From a virus (taxonomy: Duplodnaviria; Caudoviricetes): DNA of 27,427 nucleotides. Of this stretch, positions 7,928-16,975 are shown piece by piece. Position numbers and translations under genes: made by a program. How positions within the stretch are numbered: the stretch's first letter is position 1; the number at the start of each line of letters is the position of its first letter. The DNA lies in the IMG/VR virus record IMGVR_UViG_3300003086_000118, positions 1 to 27,427 of that record, one strand, 5' to 3'. The notes under the pieces are model-generated. The model saw nothing but the letters and a program-made list of their open reading frames with translations. It made no database searches and was not told the DNA's origin.

Positions 7928-8654
7928 TAACAATTCAAATGATATACAGCCTGGTGTGAAACCAAGCTCTGTTGACACAAGTCAAACAACAACGAATGCA
8001 AGGATGGTGAGTTATAGTATGCCAAGTCCGGAGTTTAAAGCAGAAGGATTAGATGATGTTCAGGATCTAATTGCATTTTGTGCTAGGGTTAGTAATCCTA
8101 GTAATCAGTACAATAAAGAAACGAGTGCGAAGTTGATACAATATTTAATCAAACATAAACATTGGAGTCCATTGGAAACAGTGAGTGCATGTATTGAGAT
8201 TGAAACGACACGTGATATCGGAAGACAGATTTTAAGACATCGGTCATTTTCGTTTCAGGAGTTTTCTCAGAGGTATGCAGACCCTACAAAGGACATGGAC
8301 TTTATGTTGAGAGAGGCAAGACTTCAAGACACAAAGAATAGACAGAACTCTATTGAGAACACAGATAACACATTAAGTGCTATGTGGAGAATTAAACAAG
8401 AGGAAGTCATTAAGAAATCATTAGAAGCATATGACTTTGCTATTAAGAATGGTATTGCTAAGGAACAAGCAAGAGTTGTTTTACCTGAAGGAAACACCAT
8501 GAGCAGAATGTATATGAATGGTTCATTAAGAAGTTGGGTCCATTACATTGAATTAAGAAGTGCTAATGGTACACAGAAAGAACACATTGAGGTGGCACAA
8601 AAGTGTGCTCAAGAAATAGCAAAAATATTTCCCTTAATGCTTGACATTTTGTAA
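7917..8654 (+). CDS. thyX: Flavin-dependent thymidylate synthase
   Basis: RHRSFSFQEFSQRY signature, ARVSN, HWSPLE, AKEQAR, TQKEH; SD-supported ATG at 7917. Confidence 0.97.
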   Translation: MFTNNNSNDIQPGVKPSSVDTSQTTTNARMVSYSMPSPEFKAEGLDDVQDLIAFCARVSNPSNQYNKETSAKLIQYLIKHKHWSPLETVSACIEIETTRDIGRQILRHRSFSFQEFSQRYADPTKDMDFMLREARLQDTKNRQNSIENTDNTLSAMWRIKQEEVIKKSLEAYDFAIKNGIAKEQARVVLPEGNTMSRMYMNGSLRSWVHYIELRSANGTQKEHIEVAQKCAQEIAKIFPLMLDIL

Positions 8655-8669
8655 TAAGTATAGTATAAT
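8641..8669 (+). promoter_or_regulatory. Consensus sigma70 promoter TTGACA-17-TATAAT
   Basis: Perfect consensus. Confidence 0.85.
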
Positions 8670-8689
8670 AGACGTATGGGAAATAAATT

Positions 8690-8881
8690 ATGAAGATAGG
8701 TGGACCAATGGAAGTGACTAAGGAATTCTTTGAGTTTTTGACTATTAAGATTGATAGGATAACAGAGATTGATGCTTTAGTAAATGCATTAGAAAGTGCA
8801 GTAGAGAATCACGAAGTTGGTTCCAAAGAACATGAAACATTAGTTTCAATGTATAATACCCTACAACAAATTAATCAATAG
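8690..8881 (+). CDS. Hypothetical protein
   Basis: ORF track. Confidence 0.6.
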   Translation: MKIGGPMEVTKEFFEFLTIKIDRITEIDALVNALESAVENHEVGSKEHETLVSMYNTLQQINQ

Positions 8882-8890
8882 GAGATAAAT

Positions 8891-9034
8891 ATGAGTAAAA
8901 ACGCAATTCCATTCACAAAGATGAAAAAGGATATGAACGGTAATAGAATTAGTAAGAAAGCATTGAGTCACGGAGCATATAGATGCAAACGTAAACCAAA
9001 CAGCAAACGTTGTATGAATGGGTCAATGGCATGA
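8891..9034 (+). CDS. Small basic protein (47 aa, MSKNAIPFTKMKK...)
   Basis: Manual translation; AGGAG SD. Confidence 0.65.
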   Translation: MSKNAIPFTKMKKDMNGNRISKKALSHGAYRCKRKPNSKRCMNGSMA

Positions 9035-9126
9035 TGGATTTTATTATAAGCGTTTCAGGAATGATTGCTTCAGTTTCATTAGCGTGGATAGCAATATCAT
9101 TACACGAAATTAAGGAGAAGAAATAA
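9031..9126 (+). CDS. 31-aa membrane peptide
   Basis: Manual translation; overlaps both neighbours (ATGA, TAATG). Confidence 0.55.
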   Translation: MMDFIISVSGMIASVSLAWIAISLHEIKEKK

Positions 9127-9434
9127 TGGTAACAATATGTGGGTACGAAATTAAACGTACAAGTAATGGGTATTTAGAAACACCAGATATGTGGACAGAA
9201 GAAATCATGCGATGTATGGCACAAGACGATGATTTAGAATTGACCGATAGCATGGTAAGACAAATCATAACAGCAAGAGAAATCTATGCTAATGAGGGTT
9301 CTGTACCACCAATTAGAAAGTTTTCAAAGGCTGTTGGCATTGACAAGAAAATCTTGTTTAAAGAATGGTTGACAGGACCAATGAAGCCAATCACTAAGTA
9401 TGGTGGATTACCACAACCAACAGGTTGTGTATAG
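9126..9434 (+). CDS. dsrC: DsrC/TusE family sulfur-relay protein, single C-terminal Cys
   Basis: GYL...W.EE...MA.....L N-terminus, P.IR, C-terminal GP.K...GGLPQPTGCV. Confidence 0.9.
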   Translation: MVTICGYEIKRTSNGYLETPDMWTEEIMRCMAQDDDLELTDSMVRQIITAREIYANEGSVPPIRKFSKAVGIDKKILFKEWLTGPMKPITKYGGLPQPTGCV

Positions 9435-9444
9435 TTAGAAATTT

Positions 9445-9518
9445 GCGGGTATCGTATATCGGTAATACAGTGGGTTTCCAACCCACTAAGGTCAGTTCGA
9501 TTCTGACTATCCGCTCCA
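9445..9518 (+). tRNA. tRNA-Gly(TCC)
   Basis: Acceptor GCGGGTA/TATCCGC, anticodon arm GTGGG-TTTCCAA-CCCAC, GTTCGATT T-loop, encoded CCA. Confidence 0.95.
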
Positions 9519-9523
9519 AACAA

Positions 9524-9565
9524 ATTATATAACATAAATAGAAAGCATGTTTTATGTTATATAAT
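9524..9565. repeat. Perfect 15-bp inverted repeat between tRNA and nrdA
   Basis: ATTATATAACATAAA / TTTATGTTATATAAT with 12-nt loop. Confidence 0.85.
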
Positions 9566-9586
9566 ATTATTAAGAGGGAGTGAAAA

Positions 9587-11321
9587 TTGAAAAATAATTA
9601 TCTTGGTGTTGAGACTAATAACCATAAGGATAGAAAGTTATCCAAACAGTCTAAAAAGTTATTAAAGGATTATTATTGTATTGAGGGTGAGAAGTCTCCA
9701 CAACAAGCATTTGCTAGAGCATCAGTTGCTTATTCTGCTGGTGATATGAAATTAGCACAACGTATTTACGATGCAGTTTCTAATGGTTGGTTTATGTTCA
9801 GTAGTCCAATCTTATCAAACGCACCATTGCCTGGACAAAAGGTTAAAGCATTACCTATTAGTTGTTTCTTGACGTATGTTCCGGATTCACTAGATGGTTT
9901 AATTGCCCATACGTCTGAGTTAAGATGGTTGTCTGTTAAAGGTGGTGGAGTAGGTGGTCATTGGTCAGATGTCCGTGCAGTAAGTGATATTGCTCCTGGA
10001 CCATTACCGTTTATGCATACAGTTGATTCTGATATGACAGCATACCGTCAAGGTAGAACACGTAAGGGTTCATATGCAGCTTATATGGATATTAGTCATC
10101 CGGATATTATTGAATTCATTAATATGCGAATTCCGACTGGTGATGTTAATCGTAAGAACCTAAATCTACATCATGCTGTAAACTTAACTGACGACTTCAT
10201 GGAAGCAGTTGAAGTAGGTCTTGATTGGGATTTGAAAGACCCAGACTCAGATGAGATTAGAGAAAACGTCTCAGCAAGAAGATTGTGGGAAACTTTATTA
10301 GAAACTAGATATAGAACAGGAGAACCATACCTTAACTTCATTGATACTGCCAATAGAGCATTACCTCAAACTCAAAAGGATTTGGGATTAAAAATCAATG
10401 GTAGTAATTTATGTAATGAAATTCATTTAGTGACTAATGAAGAACGTAGTGCAGTTTGTTGTTTATCTTCTGTTAATCTAGAGAAGTATGATGAGTGGAA
10501 AGATACTACTATGGTTGCGGACTTAACTCGTTTCCTTGATAATGTATTACAATTCTTTATTGATAATGCTGGTGATGAAATTAGTCGTGCTAGATACAGT
10601 GCTACTATGGAACGTAGTTTAGGGTTGGGTGCTATGGGTTTCCATTCATACCTCCAGAAACATAATATTGCGTTTGAGTCAAGAGATGCTTTGGCATTGA
10701 ACACTAGAATCTTTAGAAGTATTCAAAAGAAGTCTATTGCCGAATCAATTGTGATGGGTACGGAAAGGGGTGAAGCACCAGATATGAAAGGTACTGGTAG
10801 AAGAAACGCCCATTTGCACTTCTCCATCAATTGAACCATGGAAAGCAAATGCCTTTACTTCTAGAACAAGAGTAGGTTCGCACTTGACTAGAAATACTCA
10901 CTTGATGAAAGTATTAAAGAAATTAGATAAGGATGACGATGAAACTTGGTCTAGTATTATTACTAGTGGTGGTTCTGTACAACACTTTGATTGGTTAGAT
11001 GACCATACAAAGAAAGTGTTTAAGACTGCTATTGAGATTGACCAAGATTGGGTTATTAGACATGGTGGTGCTAGACAGAAGTATCTATGTCAAGGACAAA
11101 GTTTAAATATCTTTTTCCCTGCTGGTGCAACAAAGGCATATCTTCACACAGTACATTATGATGCTTGGAAATATGGTTGTAAAGGGTTATACTATCTTAG
11201 AACTGAATCAAGTAATAGAGCAGAGAATGTAGCAGAGAAGATCGAAAGAGAACGGTTGAAAGACCATAGTGAAATTGAAGACTTTGGTAGTCAAGAAGAA
11301 TGTACAGCCTGCCAAGGATAG
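9587..11321 (+). pseudogene. nrdA: Class Ia ribonucleotide reductase alpha subunit, frameshifted at about 10817 by an apparent short deletion
   Basis: LPISCFL, GSNLCNEI, AVCCLSS in the first frame; TSPSIEP, CQGQSLN, GLYYLR, CTACQG in the +1 frame; LAIAP-type segment missing. Confidence 0.9.
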
Positions 11322-11335
11322 AGGGGAAATAAATT

Positions 11336-12541
11336 ATGAACGTAGTTATATACAGTAAACCATCGTGCCCATTTTGCGTAAGAGCAAAAGATTGGTTTGA
11401 TAGGCATGGGTATTCATTCACCGAACATGTATTATATGACGAGGAGCAATTCCTCGCTATGTGCCAGAAGATTCCAGGAGTAACAACTGTTCCGCAAATC
11501 TTTATTGATGATAAACATATTGGTGGTTATGACCAATTGATGGAAGTAGCAGACTATATTGTTAAAAAATCATCTGGTGGTTTAATGCAGTTTAGTGAAA
11601 CATACAAACCATTTTACTATCCGTGGGCAGTAGACTTAACTACTCGTCACGAGAAAGCACATTGGATTGAAGATGAAATTGATTTATCAGAAGATGTAAC
11701 TGATTGGCAACGTAATAAGATTACTAAGACAGAGAAGGAATACATTACTAATATCCTTAGACTGTTTACTCAATCTGACGTAGCAGTGGGTCAAAGTTAT
11801 TATGATGTATTCATTCCTAAGTTTAAGAATAATGAAGTTAGAAACATGTTAGGTTCATTTGCCGCAAGGGAAGGAATTCACCAACGTGCCTATGCACTAC
11901 TCAATGAAACGTTAGGACTACCTGACTCAGAGTATCACGCATTCTTAGAATATAAAGAGATGACCGATAAGGTAGACTTTATGATGGATAGTGATTCTAA
12001 TACACTTACTGGTACTGGACTTGCTTTAGCAAAAATGGTATTTAACGAGGGTGTTAGTTTATTCGCATCGTTTGTTATGTTACTTAACTTTCAACGTTTT
12101 GGTAAGATGAAAGGAATGGGTAAAGTAGTTGAGTGGTCAATTAGAGATGAGTCTATGCACGTTGAGGGCAACTCAAAACTATTTAAAGCATTTTGTAATG
12201 AGCACTCTAGAATTGTTGATGATTCATTTAAGAAAGAAATCTATAAGATGGCAAAACAATCAGTAAAGTTAGAAGATAAGTTTATTGACTTGGCATATGC
12301 CGTTGGTGATATCGAAGGACTTTCTGCTGAAGACGTTAAACAATACATTCGATACATTACTGACAGACGTTTATTACAGTTAGGACTTAAACCCAATTTT
12401 AAGGTAAAGGACAATCCTCTACCGTGGTTGGAATGGGTACTTAATGGTGCGGACCATACTAACTTCTTTGAGAACCGAGTGACCGAATATGAGGTTGCGG
12501 GTTTGACTGGAACTTGGCACGACGCATACGAAGAAAAATAA
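11336..12541 (+). CDS. nrdB: Glutaredoxin-fused ribonucleotide reductase beta subunit
   Basis: N-terminal CPFC, TVPQIFI, IGGY; then LFTQSD, EGIHQRAY, IRDESMH, NFFENRVTEY. Confidence 0.96.
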   Translation: MNVVIYSKPSCPFCVRAKDWFDRHGYSFTEHVLYDEEQFLAMCQKIPGVTTVPQIFIDDKHIGGYDQLMEVADYIVKKSSGGLMQFSETYKPFYYPWAVDLTTRHEKAHWIEDEIDLSEDVTDWQRNKITKTEKEYITNILRLFTQSDVAVGQSYYDVFIPKFKNNEVRNMLGSFAAREGIHQRAYALLNETLGLPDSEYHAFLEYKEMTDKVDFMMDSDSNTLTGTGLALAKMVFNEGVSLFASFVMLLNFQRFGKMKGMGKVVEWSIRDESMHVEGNSKLFKAFCNEHSRIVDDSFKKEIYKMAKQSVKLEDKFIDLAYAVGDIEGLSAEDVKQYIRYITDRRLLQLGLKPNFKVKDNPLPWLEWVLNGADHTNFFENRVTEYEVAGLTGTWHDAYEEK

Positions 12542-12553
12542 TCTTTAAAAAAC

Positions 12554-12582
12554 TTTACTTTCCTTCCATTGTATAGTATAAT
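12554..12582 (+). promoter_or_regulatory. Early promoter TTTACT-17-TATAAT
   Basis: Motif family; nearest visible promoter upstream of groES and the modification operon. Confidence 0.75.
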
Positions 12583-12614
12583 AGTAGTATATTAACTAAA
12601 AAGAGGGGAAGTAA

Positions 12615-12800
12615 ATGTTCGCAAATTTCGTAAAGAAAACAAAACAAATGGTCGGTCTAGACACCGAAGACTACAAACTAAAATACCAACACGCAGAACG
12701 ACGTGCTCAAGAAGCAGAGGAGAAAATGATGTTTCTTTGCAAACAATTGCACAGTGTTATGGAACAAGTGGACGTATGTACAAAGGACTTTAGAAGATGA
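12615..12800 (+). CDS. Hypothetical coiled-coil protein
   Basis: ORF track; SD. Confidence 0.6.
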   Translation: MFANFVKKTKQMVGLDTEDYKLKYQHAERRAQEAEEKMMFLCKQLHSVMEQVDVCTKDFRR

Positions 12801-12976
12801 ATTTACACGGATTAGAAGAAGACCAAGTTGAGTTTATAATCAACTGTATAGAAAAGGCAAGTGTTAAAACACCAGAACAGCAAGAACTACTTGCTTGGAT
12901 AACAATTCAATATGTTCATCAACAAAAAGGTGGAGCATATAAAAAAGCAATCCGTGAACTCGGATATGCAATTTAA
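12797..12976 (+). CDS. Hypothetical protein (59 aa, MNLHGLEEDQVEF...)
   Basis: Manual translation; ATGA overlap. Confidence 0.6.
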   Translation: MNLHGLEEDQVEFIINCIEKASVKTPEQQELLAWITIQYVHQQKGGAYKKAIRELGYAI

Positions 12977-12993
12977 CAAAAGGAGATTATATT

Positions 12994-13374
12994 ATGGCAA
13001 TTGAAAAAATGTACCCAATTGGGAACAACGTATTAATTAAACCAGACAAAGCAAAAAATGAAACTGCTGGTGGTATTATTTTAACCACTAAGGGTAATAA
13101 ATCGTCAACAGGTACGGTAGCAGCCGTTGGTCCAGGATTAGTTGCTATTGACGGCACTATTCATCCTCTACAATGTAAACCTATGGATAGAGTTATGTTT
13201 GCAGCCGTTGACGCAACAGTATCAGCAAGAACTATTACTATGAATGGTAATGAATATTTACTAATCCCAGAGTCTCAAGTATTTGGTGTTATTGAAGAAT
13301 CAGAAGTTAAAGAAGAAGTTGTCGAAGAAGAAATTGAAGGCGACGACGCAAAGGCAAAAGAAATTTGGAAATAG
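12994..13374 (+). CDS. groES: Co-chaperonin GroES with acidic tail
   Basis: PIGNNVLIK, ETAGGIIL mobile loop, GTVAAVGPG, EYLLIPESQVFGV. Confidence 0.92.
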   Translation: MAIEKMYPIGNNVLIKPDKAKNETAGGIILTTKGNKSSTGTVAAVGPGLVAIDGTIHPLQCKPMDRVMFAAVDATVSARTITMNGNEYLLIPESQVFGVIEESEVKEEVVEEEIEGDDAKAKEIWK

Positions 13375-13381
13375 GGGGATT

Positions 13382-14815
13382 ATGGAAGAATTAAATATCA
13401 ATGGAAACAAATGGAAAACGTTTATTGGTGACGAAGGACAAACCGTTTATATCGCACAATTCACAATTCCGTCTGAGAACCTTTTAGGTAAGTTTGTAGA
13501 TGAATCTTTTTATGATATTATCATTGACCATAACGCAGACGTGTACTTGCCACCAGAACAAGATATAGCAAATACAGATGAAGATGAATCAGACTACTTA
13601 AAACGTATAGATGAAAGTTGTCTTGCTTTTAAATTCCGTAAGAATGTATTTACCTTAGATGAACAAGAAGGAGCATTTGATGGTTTATATTCAGCAGCCG
13701 GAGAATCTAACAATAGGGGTTTGGCAGCGGGACCAAGGTGTGAGAAATCAGGCAATAGAGAATGGGTAACATCATTTCAGCAAGATATTTTATCATACTA
13801 CGAAGACGGACAACCTCAATCGGTAGACGGTGCTAACCAAATTGAATCTCTAATAGAAAAACATAAAGACCTTGAAGATGAAATTCGTGGTTCGGTATGG
13901 TTGCGTTCTAAGATAGAAGGAGAATTTGGAGTATATAAAAACTTTTTCGGTATTGCTATGGAAAGGTTAGATAGTTTAAGCATCGTTGATGCGATTGATT
14001 ATGCTCAAACTATTCGTAAGGACATGCTTTCTGATACTTCTTATGCTACACCTATTTGGTCTGGCATCTCTGGTTTCTATGGTAGATATCCTCGTATTCC
14101 TTATGGTAGAGCAACTGCTCATACAGACCATAATAGAGAAGAGTTTGAAAAGTGTTATCCGTTTGCAAGGAAACTTGACGCAGAATTTAAACGATTAGTT
14201 CCAGGACGTTATGAAAAACAAAAAGTATTTTCAGATAGATTAGACGATAGATTTATAATCGGAGAAGATACCACGTTCACTACTATTACTGTTAATACTA
14301 CACAGATTGATAGAAATGCTAGATGTGCTTGTCATCGTGATGCGGGGTCGTTAAACGAGGGATTCTCTAACTTAACCGTAATTACTAAAGACGGTAAAGA
14401 TTGGAACGGAGGATATCTTGTAACACCAGAAGTACGGACTGCTATTAATATCCGTCCAGGAGATTTATTACTAATTGATAACATGAGAATCATTCACGGT
14501 AATACTCCTATTAAAGAACCAGATTCTGGTCCTGATGAGATGTTACGTATGTCTTTGATTTTCTACTATCGCGAGGATATGGATAAGTTAGGCAGTTGGG
14601 ATTATGAGCATACACGTAGGGCATTTGTTGATAGTCGTAGAAAGAATGAAGACCACGAATTGTGGAGACCTTTCTGGAACGGAGTATCACCTAGCATGTG
14701 GACTAGTGATGAATGGTATGACTATTTGAAAGAACAAGATAAAGGTTTAGAATGGTTAGAAGATTATCATCCTGAAGCACTTGAAGAGAAGTCAGACTTG
14801 GACGCTTTCTTTTAA
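13382..14815 (+). CDS. TET/JBP-family 2OG-Fe(II) dioxygenase
   Basis: FTTITVN, HRD (HxD), GGYLVTPE, PGDLLL, HGNT, RMSLIFYYR motifs; GGGGG SD supports ATG 13382. Confidence 0.85.
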   Translation: MEELNINGNKWKTFIGDEGQTVYIAQFTIPSENLLGKFVDESFYDIIIDHNADVYLPPEQDIANTDEDESDYLKRIDESCLAFKFRKNVFTLDEQEGAFDGLYSAAGESNNRGLAAGPRCEKSGNREWVTSFQQDILSYYEDGQPQSVDGANQIESLIEKHKDLEDEIRGSVWLRSKIEGEFGVYKNFFGIAMERLDSLSIVDAIDYAQTIRKDMLSDTSYATPIWSGISGFYGRYPRIPYGRATAHTDHNREEFEKCYPFARKLDAEFKRLVPGRYEKQKVFSDRLDDRFIIGEDTTFTTITVNTTQIDRNARCACHRDAGSLNEGFSNLTVITKDGKDWNGGYLVTPEVRTAINIRPGDLLLIDNMRIIHGNTPIKEPDSGPDEMLRMSLIFYYREDMDKLGSWDYEHTRRAFVDSRRKNEDHELWRPFWNGVSPSMWTSDEWYDYLKEQDKGLEWLEDYHPEALEEKSDLDAFF

Positions 14816-15963
14816 TGAGTAATTTTATAGAAGACATTGCCAGTGACCAAAATTTCACGGACTTTAGATTACCAGAAAACCGTAAAGATATATTCTTTAC
14901 TGCTTATGAGTTTCATTTAAAGTTTAAGACTATGCCAGGATTGGTGTATGGGTATTTGCCTTATTTAGCAGATAAATTAGATTGGTCTGAAGAAGATAAA
15001 TTATGGTTTGCTTTTCTAAATGGTAATACTCAAAACCCTAGTACGTCTTGGATTATCTTTAATAAGTTTCCAAGCATTACTGATTTAGATATAGATGAAT
15101 TTGAATCTTGGTATTTTAGTGAGATTAATAGCAACGGAAAGTTAGTTTGGCAAATGCTTCCTATTGATATGGATAGAAGACACTTTAGAAATAAAATTCA
15201 TTTATCTATTAAAGCATATAAAGAAAACTTAAATGGTAAATCTCAAGAAGACTTCTTTAAATCATTAACAGATACTAAAGATAAGTTTACAAACTTTCGT
15301 AAACTATGGAATGCTGTATTTAAGGGTGAGGGTATTAATTCTAAATTCTATTCCTTTGGTCGTTTAAGTTCATTTAGTTATATAGAATACTTATGGATAT
15401 CTGGATTAGATATAGATTGCGATTCTTTCTTTTGCGAAGATTATAGTGGTTCTTCTTCTCATAGGAACGGTATGTGTTGGTTGATGGGTCGTGAAGATTT
15501 AGACGAGCATAAGACTAACTCTGAATACACAAAAGGAATACACCTACATACTAAAGACGTTATAAGTATGATTGATGATAATATGGAAGATATTTATCAA
15601 GAAGCATTAGTCCGTTTTAAAGGAACTAGTATAGAGTCTGACGTAAGTCGGTTTACAATAGAAAGTCAGTTGTGTAATTATAAATCTTGGCATAGGAAGT
15701 CTAGACGATATCCTAATGTGTATGGTGATATGGCATACGATAGATTAGTTAAAGTTCAAGCAATGTCTGAATTTGAAGATATGGACTTTAGTATATTCTG
15801 GGAGGCGAGGGAGTCTTTTATGCCTTGTGAAATTAGACCTGAATGTAATACGGATAACGTAGGGGTGAGTTCTTATAAACAAAATCTTTATAGGGAAACT
15901 GGAAGACAACACACACTTGGAATAATTGATAACAAATATGAAAACGTCCCAAAGAGAAGATAG
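14815..15963 (+). CDS. Amino acid:DNA transferase (alpha-glutamyl/putrescinyl thymine pyrophosphorylase clade 2-like)
   Basis: WFAFLNGNTQNP, DMDRRH, FGRLSSFSYIEYL, SHRNG, IESQLCNYK, RYPNVY motifs; context. Confidence 0.8.
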   Translation: MSNFIEDIASDQNFTDFRLPENRKDIFFTAYEFHLKFKTMPGLVYGYLPYLADKLDWSEEDKLWFAFLNGNTQNPSTSWIIFNKFPSITDLDIDEFESWYFSEINSNGKLVWQMLPIDMDRRHFRNKIHLSIKAYKENLNGKSQEDFFKSLTDTKDKFTNFRKLWNAVFKGEGINSKFYSFGRLSSFSYIEYLWISGLDIDCDSFFCEDYSGSSSHRNGMCWLMGREDLDEHKTNSEYTKGIHLHTKDVISMIDDNMEDIYQEALVRFKGTSIESDVSRFTIESQLCNYKSWHRKSRRYPNVYGDMAYDRLVKVQAMSEFEDMDFSIFWEARESFMPCEIRPECNTDNVGVSSYKQNLYRETGRQHTLGIIDNKYENVPKRR

Positions 15964-16975
15964 AACTATATTAAACGAAGTAACAGAAGATACTTTTATT
16001 AAAGGTAGGTGGATTGATAAGATATGGGATTTAACTCCTATTGAACAGAAGTCCGATACTATGTATTATAAAAGGGAAGATAAATTCGCACCAATGGGTA
16101 TGAATTCTATTAACGGTTCTAAGTGTAGACAGTTGCTTTGGTTATTTGATAGAGAAAGGAATGTCGATACGGTAGTTCATGCTACTAATCTAAACAGTTC
16201 TCCTCAAACCCCAATGACCGCAGCTATGGCAGAGCATTATGGATATAGAAATATTCAAGTTGCTGGTGGTACTACTTTTGAGTCTATGAATAAAAAGGAA
16301 CTTCCTTTAGCAGCCAGCATACACGGAACTGAATATGATATTACAGTTGGGTCTGGGTTTAATGTAGTTATTCAAAAGAGGGTAGATGAAATTATGACCC
16401 ATCACCCTAAGTCATTTAAAATAGAACGTGATATTACTTTAGACCATCATTTAGAAAAGAACACCCCTGAAGTTTTAAGGGAGTTTCATTCTGTAGGTGG
16501 GGAACAAGTAAAGAACATACCAGACCATATTGAAGATTTAATTATACCGTTTGGTTCTTCTACAAGCACGTGTAGTGTATTGTATGGTTTGTCTAGTTTC
16601 AAACCTAAAGGGTTGAAACGAATTCACTTAATTAATGTAGGTGTTGATAAGAGAGATTATATGTTTGAACGGTTAAGTTATATGGGAGCATCTGTGAATG
16701 AGTTTGAAATCATTTATAAAGATACTAAACTTCCGTACTCTAAAACTATCAAGGATGTAAGTATAGATGATATAACATTCCATATGAGATATGAAGCAAA
16801 ATCTTACAAATACTTATTAGAGAATTTACCAGAACTAATAAAACCAACCTCTTTATTTTGGGTAATCGGATCTTACCCAGATACTAAAACAACAGCAATG
16901 AACCTTAATAGAGAAGTGCCGACCGAGGTGAACCTATATGAATTTAAAACTAATAATATTATGGAGTTTATGTGA
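15938..16975 (+). CDS. PLP-dependent enzyme (fold type II), probable DNA-modification decarboxylase
   Basis: LTPIE, KRED...GSKCRQ (PLP lysine), PFGS phosphate loop; context. Confidence 0.8.
   Translation: MKTSQREDRTILNEVTEDTFIKGRWIDKIWDLTPIEQKSDTMYYKREDKFAPMGMNSINGSKCRQLLWLFDRERNVDTVVHATNLNSSPQTPMTAAMAEHYGYRNIQVAGGTTFESMNKKELPLAASIHGTEYDITVGSGFNVVIQKRVDEIMTHHPKSFKIERDITLDHHLEKNTPEVLREFHSVGGEQVKNIPDHIEDLIIPFGSSTSTCSVLYGLSSFKPKGLKRIHLINVGVDKRDYMFERLSYMGASVNEFEIIYKDTKLPYSKTIKDVSIDDITFHMRYEAKSYKYLLENLPELIKPTSLFWVIGSYPDTKTTAMNLNREVPTEVNLYEFKTNNIMEFM

Noticed and set aside
9126-9518. TusE-like protein thiolating the adjacent tRNA
   Set aside because: TusE-dependent 2-thiouridine occurs on tRNA-Lys/Glu/Gln, not tRNA-Gly(UCC)
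10834-10884. Intron, intein or programmed frameshift in nrdA
   Set aside because: Sequence is missing rather than inserted; no intron core or homing endonuclease
13283-13381. Lys-rich N-terminal extension of the TET/JBP protein
   Set aside because: It is the alternate frame of the groES tail; the SD supports ATG 13382
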